This document shows, piece by piece, positions 46,009 through 56,387 of a stretch of 64,000 nucleotides of DNA. The stretch lies in contig OZ244960.1 in NCBI GenBank assembly GCA_965222605.1, positions 4,672,001 to 4,736,000 of the forward strand, read 5' to 3'. Numbering within the stretch: the stretch's first letter is position 1; the number at the start of each line of letters is the position of its first letter. Below the pieces are notes generated by a model, which made no database searches, was not told the origin of the DNA, and saw only the letters and a program-made list of their open reading frames with translations. Made by a program: the position numbers and the translations under genes. This stretch comes from Candidatus Latescibacterota bacterium (GTDB taxonomy: Bacteria > Latescibacterota > UBA2968).

Positions 46009-47889
46009 ATGGCAACGGCAACAAAATCAAGTAGTTCCAACGCTACGCAACTCAATTTGCTCTCGTCATCCAGAAGTAATAGTAAAGCCGATGGCAAGAG
46101 CAATGGTGCTCATAACTACGACGAGAGCAAGATTAAAACCCTTTCTTCGCTCGAGCATATTCGGTTGCGTACGGGTATGTACATTGGGCGGCTCGGATCG
46201 GGTGCTGATCCCGATGACGGCATATACGTTTTGCTCAAAGAGGTTGTCGATAATGCCGTCGATGAATTTATTTCGGGATTTGGCACAAAAATCGATGTGA
46301 CAATTGAAGCCAATCACGTCAGTGTGCGCGACTATGGGCGCGGCGTTCCGCTCGGCAAAATTGTCGAGTGTGTTTCTGTTATCAATACCGGTGCCAAATA
46401 CAACGACGATGTTTTTCAATTCAGCGTGGGTCTCAATGGCGTGGGTAGCAAAGCGGTCAACGCGCTTTCTACCGATTTTCGCGTGGTGGCTTATCGCGAT
46501 GGCAAGTACGCGGAGGCCAGCTTTACGCGTGGGAAACTCCTCCGGGAAAAAAAGGGCAGGACCAGCGAGCCAAATGGCTCATTTTTTGAGTTCACACCCG
46601 ATCCGGAGATTTTTGACGAATACGATTACAATTTCGAATATGTCGAGCGCCGCATGTGGAACTACGCCTGTCTCAATAGCGGTCTCACGCTCGTTTTTAA
46701 CAAACAGAAATTCGTCTCCAGGCGCGGCTTGCTCGATTTTCTCAGCCGCGAAGTCGATGATTCGGCGCTTTACGAACCCGCCTATTACAAGGGGCAATAT
46801 CTCGAATTTGCATTTACTCACACGTCCAATTACGGGGAAAATTATTTTTCTTTTGTCAATGGGCAATACACCATTGACGGCGGTACGCATCAAAGTGCTT
46901 TTCGAGAGGGCATTTTGAAAGGCGTCAATGAGTTTTACAAGAAGAATTACAGCGGCGTGGATGTGCGGGAATCCATTAATGGTGCTGTTGCGGTTAAGCT
47001 CAAAGAACCCATATTTGAGTCGCAAACGAAAAACAAACTCGGCAATACCGAAGTGCGCTCGTGGATTGTTGCTGAAACGCGCAGTGCAGTGGTCGATTTT
47101 TTACACAAGAATACCACGGCAGCGCAAACACTTCAGGAAAAGATCAATCACAACGAACGCCTGCGGAAAGAACTCAACGATGTTAAGAAGAAGGCCAAAG
47201 AAGTCGCCCGCAAAGTCGCCATCAAAATTCCGCATTTCAAGGATTGTAAATATCACAAGGGCGACAAAAAGCGCGGCGATGAATCTACTATTTTTATTAC
47301 TGAAGGCCCGTCCGCTGCCGGGTCTATGGTTTCCGCACGGGATGTGGAGACTCAGGCTATTTTTGGTTTGAAGGGCGTGCCCCTCAATGTGTTTGGGAAA
47401 ACAAAAGCAGCGATTTACAAGAATGAAGAGCTCTACAATCTCATGACGGCTTTGGGTATTGAAGACAGCGTTGAAAATCTCCGTTTCAACAATGTGGTCA
47501 TTGCCACTGATGCCGATTACGATGGTTTCCACATCCGCAACCTGCTGATGACTTTCTTCCTCAATTACTTCGAAGAACTCGTGACCTCTGGCCACGTCTA
47601 TATTCTGGAAACGCCAATTTTTCGCGTGCGCAATAGTCGTGAGACGCGCTATTGTTATAGCGAAAAAGAACGCAGTCAGGCTGTTGCCGATTTGCGAAAT
47701 CCCGAGGTTACGCGCTTCAAGGGATTGGGGGAGATCTCCCCTAACGAGTTTGGACAGTTCATCGGAGAGGATATGCGCCTGATCAAAGTCGGCGTGCGCT
47801 CTCTCGCCGAGGTTCCAACTACCCTCGAATTTTATATGGGCAAGAATACGCCCGACCGCAGAGATTATATTGTGGAGCATTTGATTTAA
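46009..47889 (+). CDS. parE: DNA topoisomerase IV subunit B
   Basis: EHIRLR.GMYIG, EVVDNAVDE, D.GRG.P, TEG.SA, ATDADYDG.HI, RFKGLGE; short non-gyrase type. Confidence 0.9.
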   Translation: MATATKSSSSNATQLNLLSSSRSNSKADGKSNGAHNYDESKIKTLSSLEHIRLRTGMYIGRLGSGADPDDGIYVLLKEVVDNAVDEFISGFGTKIDVTIEANHVSVRDYGRGVPLGKIVECVSVINTGAKYNDDVFQFSVGLNGVGSKAVNALSTDFRVVAYRDGKYAEASFTRGKLLREKKGRTSEPNGSFFEFTPDPEIFDEYDYNFEYVERRMWNYACLNSGLTLVFNKQKFVSRRGLLDFLSREVDDSALYEPAYYKGQYLEFAFTHTSNYGENYFSFVNGQYTIDGGTHQSAFREGILKGVNEFYKKNYSGVDVRESINGAVAVKLKEPIFESQTKNKLGNTEVRSWIVAETRSAVVDFLHKNTTAAQTLQEKINHNERLRKELNDVKKKAKEVARKVAIKIPHFKDCKYHKGDKKRGDESTIFITEGPSAAGSMVSARDVETQAIFGLKGVPLNVFGKTKAAIYKNEELYNLMTALGIEDSVENLRFNNVVIATDADYDGFHIRNLLMTFFLNYFEELVTSGHVYILETPIFRVRNSRETRYCYSEKERSQAVADLRNPEVTRFKGLGEISPNEFGQFIGEDMRLIKVGVRSLAEVPTTLEFYMGKNTPDRRDYIVEHLI

Positions 47890-47890
47890 A

Positions 47891-48808
47891 ATGAAAAAAA
47901 AGACCAAAGGCACATCCTCGATATTTTTGGATGACATGTCAAAAGAAAATGCCAATAATATTTATATCCGGAGCCATCGGCGGCGTATTGTATTTGGATG
48001 GTATGGCGGTAAGTTTTCGCATTTGGACTGGCTACTTCCGCTTCTTCCAGAGTGTCATCACTATTGCGAGCCGTTTGCCGGTTCAGGAGCAGTATTGCTG
48101 AATCGGGTGCCGTCCCCTGTTGAAACCTATAATGATATTGATGGTGAGGTTGTAAACTTCTTTCGCGTATTGCGCGACCAACACGAAGAACTGATAAGAG
48201 CAATAGCTTTAACGCCATTTTCCCGTGAAGAATATTATCGCGCTATTCATACAACAAATGGTGTCAGCGATGTTGAGCGGGCCAGATGCTTTTATATCAA
48301 AGCGAGACAGACAAGGACTGGACTTGCCCAAACTGCATCGCTGGGGCGTTGGGCAAACTGCAAAAATACGAGCCGTGCCGGAATGTCAGGTGTGGTATCT
48401 CGTTGGCTTGGTGGTGTGGGAGCTTTGGATGATATTGCACAACGCCTCATGCGGGTTCAGATTGAGAACCGTCCTGCGGTGGATGTGATTCGTCTTTATG
48501 ACGATCCCAAGACTTTGTTTTATTGCGATCCACCGTATTTGCATGCCACACGCGGCGATGCTAAGGCTTACGGATTTGAGATGGATGAAGGACAGCATCG
48601 AGAATTTGCAGAGGTCGTCAATGCGTGCAGCGGCATGGTCGCTGTCTCTGGCTATGAACATCCACTGATGGATAAGCTGTTCGAGCCGGAAAAATGGTTC
48701 AAGACTTTGGGGGCGCGCAAAACCATTCATTCGACTAAGGGGACTCGGCAGGAAGTGCTGTGGACCAATTATGATCCAAAAAAGCAAATGGGACTATTTG
48801 CAGCATGA
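47891..48808 (+). CDS. DNA adenine methyltransferase (D12/Dam-like class)
   Basis: WYGGK, EPFAGSGAV (motif I), YNDID, FYCDPPY (motif IV), EVLWTNY. Confidence 0.92.
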   Translation: MKKKTKGTSSIFLDDMSKENANNIYIRSHRRRIVFGWYGGKFSHLDWLLPLLPECHHYCEPFAGSGAVLLNRVPSPVETYNDIDGEVVNFFRVLRDQHEELIRAIALTPFSREEYYRAIHTTNGVSDVERARCFYIKARQTRTGLAQTASLGRWANCKNTSRAGMSGVVSRWLGGVGALDDIAQRLMRVQIENRPAVDVIRLYDDPKTLFYCDPPYLHATRGDAKAYGFEMDEGQHREFAEVVNACSGMVAVSGYEHPLMDKLFEPEKWFKTLGARKTIHSTKGTRQEVLWTNYDPKKQMGLFAA

Positions 48809-48903
48809 AGGCATTGGTTTTGAATGAACCTGATTCAGCTGTAAGTCAATCGCTCAAAGAGGCGTTTTTGGCTCTGCGACAAGTTGCTGAGAGTGGTGAG
48901 TAA
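48805..48903 (+). pseudogene. 32-codon ORF coupled to the methylase; possible stump of a deleted partner gene
   Basis: ATGA overlap with the methylase stop; MKALVLNEPDSAVSQSLKEAFLALRQVAESGE*. Confidence 0.35.
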
Positions 48904-48976
48904 ACACTGGTGTCAGTTGTTGGGTGAACCTGTGAGTTTGTCCGCTACATTTGCCAACTTGTGCCTACGGGTTTTT

Positions 48977-48999
48977 ATCCTGTTTATCCTGATTCTGAC
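48977..48999 (+). repeat. Short imperfect 9-bp tandem element
   Basis: atcctgttt atcctgatt ctgac in the spacer before parC. Confidence 0.4.
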
Positions 49000-49019
49000 G
49001 ATTTTTTGAGGAATGAAAA

Positions 49020-50921
49020 ATGGCTTATATCGACAAGTTATTTGACCAGTATTTTTTAGAACACGCTTCCTATGTTGTGAAAGACCGCGCGATTCCCGAC
49101 ATCGACGATGGGTTTAAGCCCGTACAGCGCCGCATTTTACACGCGCTCAAAGAGCAGGATGATGGGAAGTTTCACAAGGTAGCCAATGTCGTGGGGCAGA
49201 CTATGAAATATCACCCCCACGGAGATCAGTCAATTTACGGCGCGCTGGTCAACCTGGCGAATAAAGACCTGTTCATCGATAAACAGGGCAATTTTGGCAA
49301 TATTTATACCGGCGACGAAGCCTCGGCTGCGCGCTATATCGAATGCCGGCTTACCCCGCTCGCCAAAGATGTGCTGTTCAATCCGGAAATTACCGAATAC
49401 ATTGAATCCTACGACGGGCGCAATAGCGAACCCGTTGTTTTTCCGGCGAAAATTCCCGTGCTGCTCGCGCAGGGCACCGAAGGTATCGCACCGGGCATGA
49501 CCACGCGGGTTTTGTCCCACAATTTGATCGAATTGTTGCAGGCGAAAATTGCCTATCTCCGAGGGGAGAATTTTCAGGTCTTTCCCGATTTTGCGACGGG
49601 TGGTTTTGTCGATGTCACCGAATATGCCGACGGCAATGGCAAAGTGCTCGTGCGAGCCAAACTCGATACCAAAGATCCCAAACGCATTATTGTGCGCGAG
49701 TTGCCTTTTGGCTCTACGTCTGAATCTCTTATCGCCTCTATTGAAAGTGCAGCCCGGAAAAACAAGCTCAAAATCGCGGGTATCAGCGATTATACGGGTG
49801 AGAAAGTCGAAATTGAAATTCGTCTTGCCCGGGGCGTGCATACCAAAGATACCGTAGATGCGCTTTACGCTTTTACCGATTGCGAGCAATCCATCAGCGT
49901 CAATGCCCTGGTCATCAAGGATAACCGCCCCTATATCGCTACGGTGAGCGATATTCTCAAACACAATGCCGACCGATTGGTCGATGTTCTCATGGCCGAG
50001 CTAAAAATTGAGCAGCATCAGGTGCGCGATAAGTTGCACGCCAGGACCCTCGAACAGATTTTCATCGAGAACCGCGTTTACAAAGCGATTGAGGAAGTTG
50101 CCGATTCCAAGGCGATTCACGAGGCGGTACGCAAGGGTTTGGAGCCTTTTCTCAGTACAATCAGACGCCCGGTCACGGCTGAAGACCTCGATACGCTTTT
50201 ACAAATTCCCATTCGGCGGATTTCGCTGTACGATATTACCAAAGGCAAAAAGGAAATGCGCGGGATGCGCGCGCGGCTCAGAGAAATCAGAACCAACCTC
50301 GACAATATCACGGGCTTTAGCATTGATTTTCTCGAATATCTGATTGATCAATACAAAGACAATTACCCTCGCCGTACCGAAGTTACCTCTTTTGATCAGG
50401 TGGATGCACGCGAAGTGGCACAGCGCAATCTCAAGTTGCGCTATGACAAGAAGACGGGTTATCTCGGTTATGATGTCAATGGCAACACGCTTATGGATGT
50501 GTCGCAATACGATCGCGTGCTCGTGATTCGCAAAAATGGCACTTATTCTCTGCACGAAGCACCCGACCGTCTCTTTGTGGATAAGGGTATGCTATTTTGC
50601 GATTTTGTCGATCCCGAACGGGTGTACACGGTTATCTACCGGGATAAGAAGACCAGTTATCCCTGTATCAAACGCTGTGTGCTCGACACATTTATCCTGA
50701 ACAGGGGTTACGAACTCGTGCCGTCGGGATGCCGTTTGCTCAAGCTCACAACCGACCGCGAGGTCGAGGTTCACGTATCCTATAAGCCCAAACCCCGTCT
50801 GCGTATTCTCAATGAAGAATTTGCCATTGAAGATTATGCGGTTCGCGGTAAAACCGCCAAAGGACTGCGCCTGTCATCGCGCGAGGTCAAAAGTGTTAAA
50901 TTTGTAAAGTCTAAAGTCTAA
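49020..50921 (+). CDS. parC: DNA topoisomerase IV subunit A
   Basis: RAIP...DG.KPVQRRIL, YHPHGD, QGN.GN, AARY catalytic tyrosine; short C-terminus lacking a GyrA box. Confidence 0.9.
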   Translation: MAYIDKLFDQYFLEHASYVVKDRAIPDIDDGFKPVQRRILHALKEQDDGKFHKVANVVGQTMKYHPHGDQSIYGALVNLANKDLFIDKQGNFGNIYTGDEASAARYIECRLTPLAKDVLFNPEITEYIESYDGRNSEPVVFPAKIPVLLAQGTEGIAPGMTTRVLSHNLIELLQAKIAYLRGENFQVFPDFATGGFVDVTEYADGNGKVLVRAKLDTKDPKRIIVRELPFGSTSESLIASIESAARKNKLKIAGISDYTGEKVEIEIRLARGVHTKDTVDALYAFTDCEQSISVNALVIKDNRPYIATVSDILKHNADRLVDVLMAELKIEQHQVRDKLHARTLEQIFIENRVYKAIEEVADSKAIHEAVRKGLEPFLSTIRRPVTAEDLDTLLQIPIRRISLYDITKGKKEMRGMRARLREIRTNLDNITGFSIDFLEYLIDQYKDNYPRRTEVTSFDQVDAREVAQRNLKLRYDKKTGYLGYDVNGNTLMDVSQYDRVLVIRKNGTYSLHEAPDRLFVDKGMLFCDFVDPERVYTVIYRDKKTSYPCIKRCVLDTFILNRGYELVPSGCRLLKLTTDREVEVHVSYKPKPRLRILNEEFAIEDYAVRGKTAKGLRLSSREVKSVKFVKSKV

Positions 50922-50986
50922 AAAACGGCCTAGAGGAGTTGGGAAAAAACAAAGAAGTCTATGACATCGTTAGATGGAGAAATTTC

Positions 50987-52450
50987 ATGGAAATTGCTGA
51001 ATTAAAGCTTGAACGTGCGACAACTCTGCAAGATGAGTGCAGAAACGAAAGACACACACTGCACAGAGACTTGTTAGAAAAGAAATACGAGAGCCTGATT
51101 ACCCACAATCCAAAATTAACAAGAACCCTTGTCAGCTTTCAGGCAAATAAAAACACACCGTATTATCGATGGTTTAAGTATAAAGAAGGCTTCTCGGCGC
51201 AGATGGTCCATTATCTTCTGAACACATTGGCGGAGAAGCGGGGCGTATTGTTGGATCCGTTCTCGGGAACAGGAGCGGCTTTATTTGCATCGCAGGAATT
51301 TGGATGGGAAGCAACGGGTATTGAGCTTCTTCCTGTAGGATGTGCGATTACTGAAGCCAGACAAGCAGCCGAGCAGGTGGATATTATACGGCTAAAAAAA
51401 GAAATTGAGGCCCTGGATAGTATTGATTTTTTGACGATCAAATCCGATAGTCCTATCCAACATATCGCGATTACGAAAGGTGCGTTTTCTCAGCAGACGG
51501 AAGACCAGCTAAATGGTTATTTAACCTATTGCGAAAATCAGATTAAAGATTCTCATATTAAGAGGCTTCTTCGTTTTGCCGCTTTTTGCATTCTGGAAAG
51601 GATTAGTTATACAAGGAAGGACGGTCAATATCTCCGCTGGGATTATCGCGCGGGAAGAACGAGAGTGAAGTCAAAATTTAACAAGGGCAAAGTCTATACG
51701 TTCCCAGAGGCACTTCAATTTCAGCTCAATTTGATGGTTGAGGATCTTCTCCATGAGGACATGGACCTTTTCAAAAAGGAAAATTTGCAAAAAAAAGAAC
51801 ATGGCATCCGACTGATTCAAGGTTCCTGTCTCGAAGAATTATGTAAATTTAACGCGGGGAGTTTTAACTTTATTTTAACGTCTCCGCCTTATTGTAACCG
51901 CTATGATTACACGCGCACTTACGCGCTTGAACTGGTATTTCTCAATAAGAACGAAGAGGAAGTCAAGCACCTGCGACAGCAAATGCTATCCTGTACCGTT
52001 GAAAACAAAGAGAAAGTTGAATCGTTGAAGACGCAATATGCAGACCTGAAAAGAGAAGACTTTTTTCAAAAGGCTATTTTTGCTTTTGAAAACCATAAAG
52101 CACTTCAAGAAGTTCTATATTGGCTGAATACATATAACGGGAAAGGCCAGTTGAATAATTCGAATATTCCGCGAATGATCGCAAATTACTTCCTCGAAAT
52201 GGCTCTGGTCATATTTGAAATGAGTAGGGTGCTGAAGCCGGGTGGAAAGATCGCGATGGTGAACGACAATGTGAGGTATGCAGGAGAAGAGATTCCCGTT
52301 GATTTAATTCTTTCTGACTTTGCAGAAGCGGCGGGCTTATCCACCAGAAACATCTGGGTTCTGGGAACTGGCAAGGGAAATAGCAGTCAACAGATGGGCA
52401 AGTACGGTCGCGCAGAATTGCGAAAATGCGTGTATGTTTGGGAAAAATAG
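50987..52450 (+). CDS. N4-cytosine DNA methyltransferase (M.AvaI/BsoBI-like)
   Basis: LDPFSGTG (motif I) before TSPPY (motif IV); RWFKYKEGFS; KGNSSQQMG; convergent with the endonuclease. Confidence 0.88.
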   Translation: MEIAELKLERATTLQDECRNERHTLHRDLLEKKYESLITHNPKLTRTLVSFQANKNTPYYRWFKYKEGFSAQMVHYLLNTLAEKRGVLLDPFSGTGAALFASQEFGWEATGIELLPVGCAITEARQAAEQVDIIRLKKEIEALDSIDFLTIKSDSPIQHIAITKGAFSQQTEDQLNGYLTYCENQIKDSHIKRLLRFAAFCILERISYTRKDGQYLRWDYRAGRTRVKSKFNKGKVYTFPEALQFQLNLMVEDLLHEDMDLFKKENLQKKEHGIRLIQGSCLEELCKFNAGSFNFILTSPPYCNRYDYTRTYALELVFLNKNEEEVKHLRQQMLSCTVENKEKVESLKTQYADLKREDFFQKAIFAFENHKALQEVLYWLNTYNGKGQLNNSNIPRMIANYFLEMALVIFEMSRVLKPGGKIAMVNDNVRYAGEEIPVDLILSDFAEAAGLSTRNIWVLGTGKGNSSQQMGKYGRAELRKCVYVWEK

Positions 52451-52451
52451 T

Positions 52452-53426
52452 CTAAAGGTCAACCAGCCAGTTCACCAGTCTTTCGATCTGTTGCGATTTG
52501 CATAGATTTGCGACGCCAACCAGTTTGCCGTCCTGCATCCGCTGGATGATTTCCCGCGCCATTGCTTCCTCTATAGCAGCACCGATGAAAACCAGTCCGG
52601 GAGCATGCGTTGAAAAACTTCCCGCGATCCGATCAAGAGCAGTTCTTGCTGTCTTCCAGTGTTCATCCGCGCCAGCCGGATCAATACCTCCTTTTAACTC
52701 CCCACACAGGATGTAATTTTCTCGCTTGCTTAATAACGCTCTTATGTCAGTGCGTGAGCAAATAATCCTGGGCGTGCGTAAGAGAATCATATCCACATTA
52801 TTTCCCCTTGGGCCAGCAAAAGGACATTTCATATTAAAAGCGAGAATCCTACCTGGCCATTGCAAGGCACTCAAGCCACTTTCAAGGAGAACATTGATGT
52901 CTGTGCCGAGTAGATTCATGAAATTATTTATTTTTCTTTGCATATAGCTCACACCAAAACTCTTATATTTTGTCTGCATTCTCTTCAAAAGATATTCCCC
53001 GAATTTTATCTCAGCCTGTCTGCCCGTATCGTTGCGTTTGACACCTCCGAGTTGATCCCCGCAATTCAGCGCGTATCGGTACAGAATATTGTCGATTATA
53101 TCCGGTTCGAGGAAATCTTTCTTTCTTGCCAAGATGTGCCTTCTCAGGAATTTTTTCGTTTCTTCGAAACCAATAGCATTTCTGGCCTTCTCTGTCAGCC
53201 CCAATGCCCCAATGAGGATTTCTATAATCTCTTGATCTCTTTCCGTTGCATGGAGCAAATCTTCTAAATCCGATCCGATGTATGCGAGTTTTCTTTGGGC
53301 TTCAATTATTCCGCTAACAAAAGGTGATGCCAATGTGAACTGCCTCATGGATTGTTGGCGAAATCCTTCGGCAGTTTCCGCTGGGGTGGTTGTGATTTCG
53401 GATGGATGGTAATAAATGGGCTGCAT
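52452..53426 (-). CDS. Type II restriction endonuclease, AvaI/BsoBI family
   Basis: GD.LGG..RN..G and GELKGGIDPAGADEHWKTA signature motifs. Confidence 0.88.
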   Translation of the reverse strand: MQPIYYHPSEITTTPAETAEGFRQQSMRQFTLASPFVSGIIEAQRKLAYIGSDLEDLLHATERDQEIIEILIGALGLTEKARNAIGFEETKKFLRRHILARKKDFLEPDIIDNILYRYALNCGDQLGGVKRNDTGRQAEIKFGEYLLKRMQTKYKSFGVSYMQRKINNFMNLLGTDINVLLESGLSALQWPGRILAFNMKCPFAGPRGNNVDMILLRTPRIICSRTDIRALLSKRENYILCGELKGGIDPAGADEHWKTARTALDRIAGSFSTHAPGLVFIGAAIEEAMAREIIQRMQDGKLVGVANLCKSQQIERLVNWLVDL

Positions 53427-53577
53427 CTGGCGTTCCTTACATTATAGGGCGAGTGATTTTTCTTGGTGAACCTCAGTTTGTCTATTAACTTGCTGATTGG
53501 TTTCATACGGCCACATGAATTATAGAAAGAATTTGGAAAAAAACAAGATTAGTGTCCTTTCAAACTGGAGAATTTTA

Positions 53578-54909
53578 ATGAGCAGTGTTGCATCTGTTGA
53601 TTTGCGCGAAGTTCGAAAGCAGGATCTGAATCACGTATGGCATCCTTTGATGCAATATGAGGGTAGGAGCGAAGACGATTTGCTCGTTATTGTGTCGGCA
53701 GATGGGTGCGAGATCACGGATTCTGAAGGAAAAACGTATCTCGATGCGTATGGCGGGATATGGAATGTCAATGTGGGGTATGGCCGGGACGAGATTGTCG
53801 AAGCTGTTCACGAACAGATGAAAACACTCGCGTTTTATCCCATGACGCAGATCAATGTGCCCGCGGCGCGACTCGCCGCGCGGTTGGCGGAATTGTCACC
53901 GGGCGATCTCAACCATTTCTATTTTGTCAATAGCGGTTCAGAGGCAAATGAAACCGCTATTAAAGTTGCGCGACAATACGGTAGGGTGACGCATCCGGGC
54001 GAGAGTCGCTATAAGATCATCTGCCGATATCACGGCTATCACGGCTTTACGATGGGGGCCATGTCTGCGACTGGTCAGGTGAGACGGCGCGCGCCGTTTG
54101 AACCCCTGGCGCCGGGATTTATTCACGTTGAATTGCCTACTGCAGATGCACATGGACCAGATGAGATCGCGCGGGTTATAGAACGGGAAGGACCCGATAC
54201 GATCGCGGCTGTTCTTGCGGAACCCGTGATTGGCGGTGGTGGCGTGCATGTCCCACCCGATGATTATTTTCCCTCTCTGCGCGATGTGTGCGACTACTAT
54301 GGTTGTTTGCTGATGTTTGATGAGGTGATCACTGGATTTGGGCGCACCGGGAAATTGTTTGCTGCCGAGCATTGGAATGTCGTGCCCGATGTGATGACGA
54401 TTGCCAAGGGCGTGTCGAGTGGGTACCTGCCGCTGGGGGCATGCGCTGTAACCGAAAAGGTCTGGTCGGCATTTCTGGGGGGCGCGGATGAAGGCAAAGA
54501 ATTTGCTCAGGTTTCCACGTATGGCGGGCATCCGGCATGTTGTGCCGCGGCGCTGGCCAATATCGAAATTCTGACCCGAGAACGGCTGTGGGAAAATTCG
54601 GAAACTGTGGGTGCGTACTTGTTGGCGCGGCTCAAAGATCTGTCATCGCCTCTTATCAAAGAAGTCAGAGGTCTGGGGCTTATGCTCGCGGTTGAACTGC
54701 AAAGCGAAGATGGGGCAGAACTGGATAGCGAGAGGACAAAAAAATTTGGCGGCGCGCTTCGAGACGCGGGTGTGATTACTGGGAAAATGAGTCATGTCAT
54801 GGTGGGGTCAGAGCCGGTATTCACACTGGCGCCACCACTGATTTTAACGGAAGAGCAAGCCGACCGAATAGCAGGTGCTTTTGTGACTGCACTGCGGGCT
54901 ATAAGTTGA
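53578..54909 (+). CDS. Class III PLP-dependent aminotransferase
   Basis: NSGSEANE, YHG.T, FDEVITGFGRTG, AKG.SSGY.P. Confidence 0.92.
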   Translation: MSSVASVDLREVRKQDLNHVWHPLMQYEGRSEDDLLVIVSADGCEITDSEGKTYLDAYGGIWNVNVGYGRDEIVEAVHEQMKTLAFYPMTQINVPAARLAARLAELSPGDLNHFYFVNSGSEANETAIKVARQYGRVTHPGESRYKIICRYHGYHGFTMGAMSATGQVRRRAPFEPLAPGFIHVELPTADAHGPDEIARVIEREGPDTIAAVLAEPVIGGGGVHVPPDDYFPSLRDVCDYYGCLLMFDEVITGFGRTGKLFAAEHWNVVPDVMTIAKGVSSGYLPLGACAVTEKVWSAFLGGADEGKEFAQVSTYGGHPACCAAALANIEILTRERLWENSETVGAYLLARLKDLSSPLIKEVRGLGLMLAVELQSEDGAELDSERTKKFGGALRDAGVITGKMSHVMVGSEPVFTLAPPLILTEEQADRIAGAFVTALRAIS

Positions 54910-54931
54910 GTTAAAAAAAAAGGAAACCGCG

Positions 54932-55408
54932 ATGATCAATGCGACCCTGTGCTATGTCAAAAATGGCAATAAGACGCTGATGCTACACCGGGTAAAAAAA
55001 GAAAATGACATACACGAGGGCAAATGGAATGGTCTGGGCGGCAAAATGGAAGCGGGTGAGACGCCTGAGGAATGCGTTATTCGGGAAGTGCGCGAAGAGA
55101 GTGGTCTACAGATTCAAAATCCCGCTTTAAGAGGTGTGCTCACTTTTCCAAAATTTGATGGCACCAATGACTGGCTGGCCTTTGTGTTTACCGCGGATAT
55201 GTTTACGGGTGAACTCATTGACTCGAGCGAAGGTGTCCTGCAATGGATCGACGACTCAAAACTTCTCGATCTCAATCTTTGGGAAGGCGATAAAATTTTT
55301 TTGAAATGGTTATACCGAGATGCGTTTTTCTCGGGTAAATTTACGTATGAAAATAAACGTCTGATCGATCACGATGTTGTGTTTCACACATTTAACCCGA
55401 ACGTGTAA
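54932..55408 (+). CDS. 8-oxo-dGTP diphosphatase (MutT/MutX-type NUDIX)
   Basis: Nudix box GGKMEAGETPEECVIREVREESG; LWEGD. Confidence 0.88.
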   Translation: MINATLCYVKNGNKTLMLHRVKKENDIHEGKWNGLGGKMEAGETPEECVIREVREESGLQIQNPALRGVLTFPKFDGTNDWLAFVFTADMFTGELIDSSEGVLQWIDDSKLLDLNLWEGDKIFLKWLYRDAFFSGKFTYENKRLIDHDVVFHTFNPNV

Positions 55409-56258
55409 CTTTTTTTAGAACCTGCCGTAGATAATCCGCGTCTTCTTTTGCCCCTGCCTCCAAATTTGGTGGCGATGTTTGCGCGTAACCGACTTGACGG
55501 ATAATGGTTTCGTCAAATTTGTATTCGGTGTGGACGGATAAAGGTCCGTCAAATCCCATCTCGTGTAATAGCCCCAGGCAGCGATGCCAATCTACGCATC
55601 CTTCTCCTGCTTTTGTGAAGCAGGGGCGATAGCGCGGTGTTTGTCCCTCCTGTTGCGGCAGATAATACGCATCCTTAATTCCCACGACTGAGATATAATC
55701 CCGAATCATCGCCAATCCCATTGCCCAGTCTTCTCCATCCAGCGCGAGATGTCCGAAATCGGGGTACGCACCCACATATTGCGGGTCAAAGCCTTTGATG
55801 AGGTGCATCAATCCGGCGCAGTTGCTTCCCAGACAGGGCCCGCTGTGAATCTGATAGCACGTCTGCACGCCATATTTTTCACTCAGGACCACAATTTTTT
55901 TTAGATCTCTTCGCGCTGCATCCAGAATCTGCCAGTAATCATCGCCGGGTTGAAATTTCCAGAATCCGATTTTGAGACGGGGAATCTCTGCTTCGGCGCA
56001 GGCGATATAGTAATTTTCTATTTCCGGTGAGTTTGGATCTATTAGATTCACGGGCGCGGTGACCATAGGGCAGATCAGATCCTGGCTGCGCCAGACCTCG
56101 GCCGCTTTGGGTAGCACTTCAATTACATTATCCACGTGAACTGGATGTCCTTCGCGCACGCACAGGTCAATGCCGTCATAGCCCAGTTCAATCGCTTTCT
56201 CGCCGAGTTCAGGCACAGAATACTGAGCAAAAAATTTGGAGTTGATAATGAGTTCCAT
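55392..56258 (-). CDS. Sugar phosphate isomerase/epimerase TIM-barrel protein
   Basis: GYDGIDL, D.GH, IKD, GEG.VDW, F.GP.S.H.EY. Confidence 0.8.
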   Translation of the reverse strand: MELIINSKFFAQYSVPELGEKAIELGYDGIDLCVREGHPVHVDNVIEVLPKAAEVWRSQDLICPMVTAPVNLIDPNSPEIENYYIACAEAEIPRLKIGFWKFQPGDDYWQILDAARRDLKKIVVLSEKYGVQTCYQIHSGPCLGSNCAGLMHLIKGFDPQYVGAYPDFGHLALDGEDWAMGLAMIRDYISVVGIKDAYYLPQQEGQTPRYRPCFTKAGEGCVDWHRCLGLLHEMGFDGPLSVHTEYKFDETIIRQVGYAQTSPPNLEAGAKEDADYLRQVLKKVTRSG

Positions 56259-56387
56259 TTGAATGATTCCTTATTTTAGATGGGAAAATAGAAATCCGAT
56301 CTCAGAACCGGTTTGATTTCTGACCACTGACCCATTATACTGCTTATAAGGTGTATTCGGTAGTTAAAACGACATGGAGAAAATAAA

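Noticed and set aside
46009-50921. Calling the type II topoisomerase genes gyrB/gyrA
   Set aside because: Short subunits and no GyrA box; they fit topoisomerase IV better
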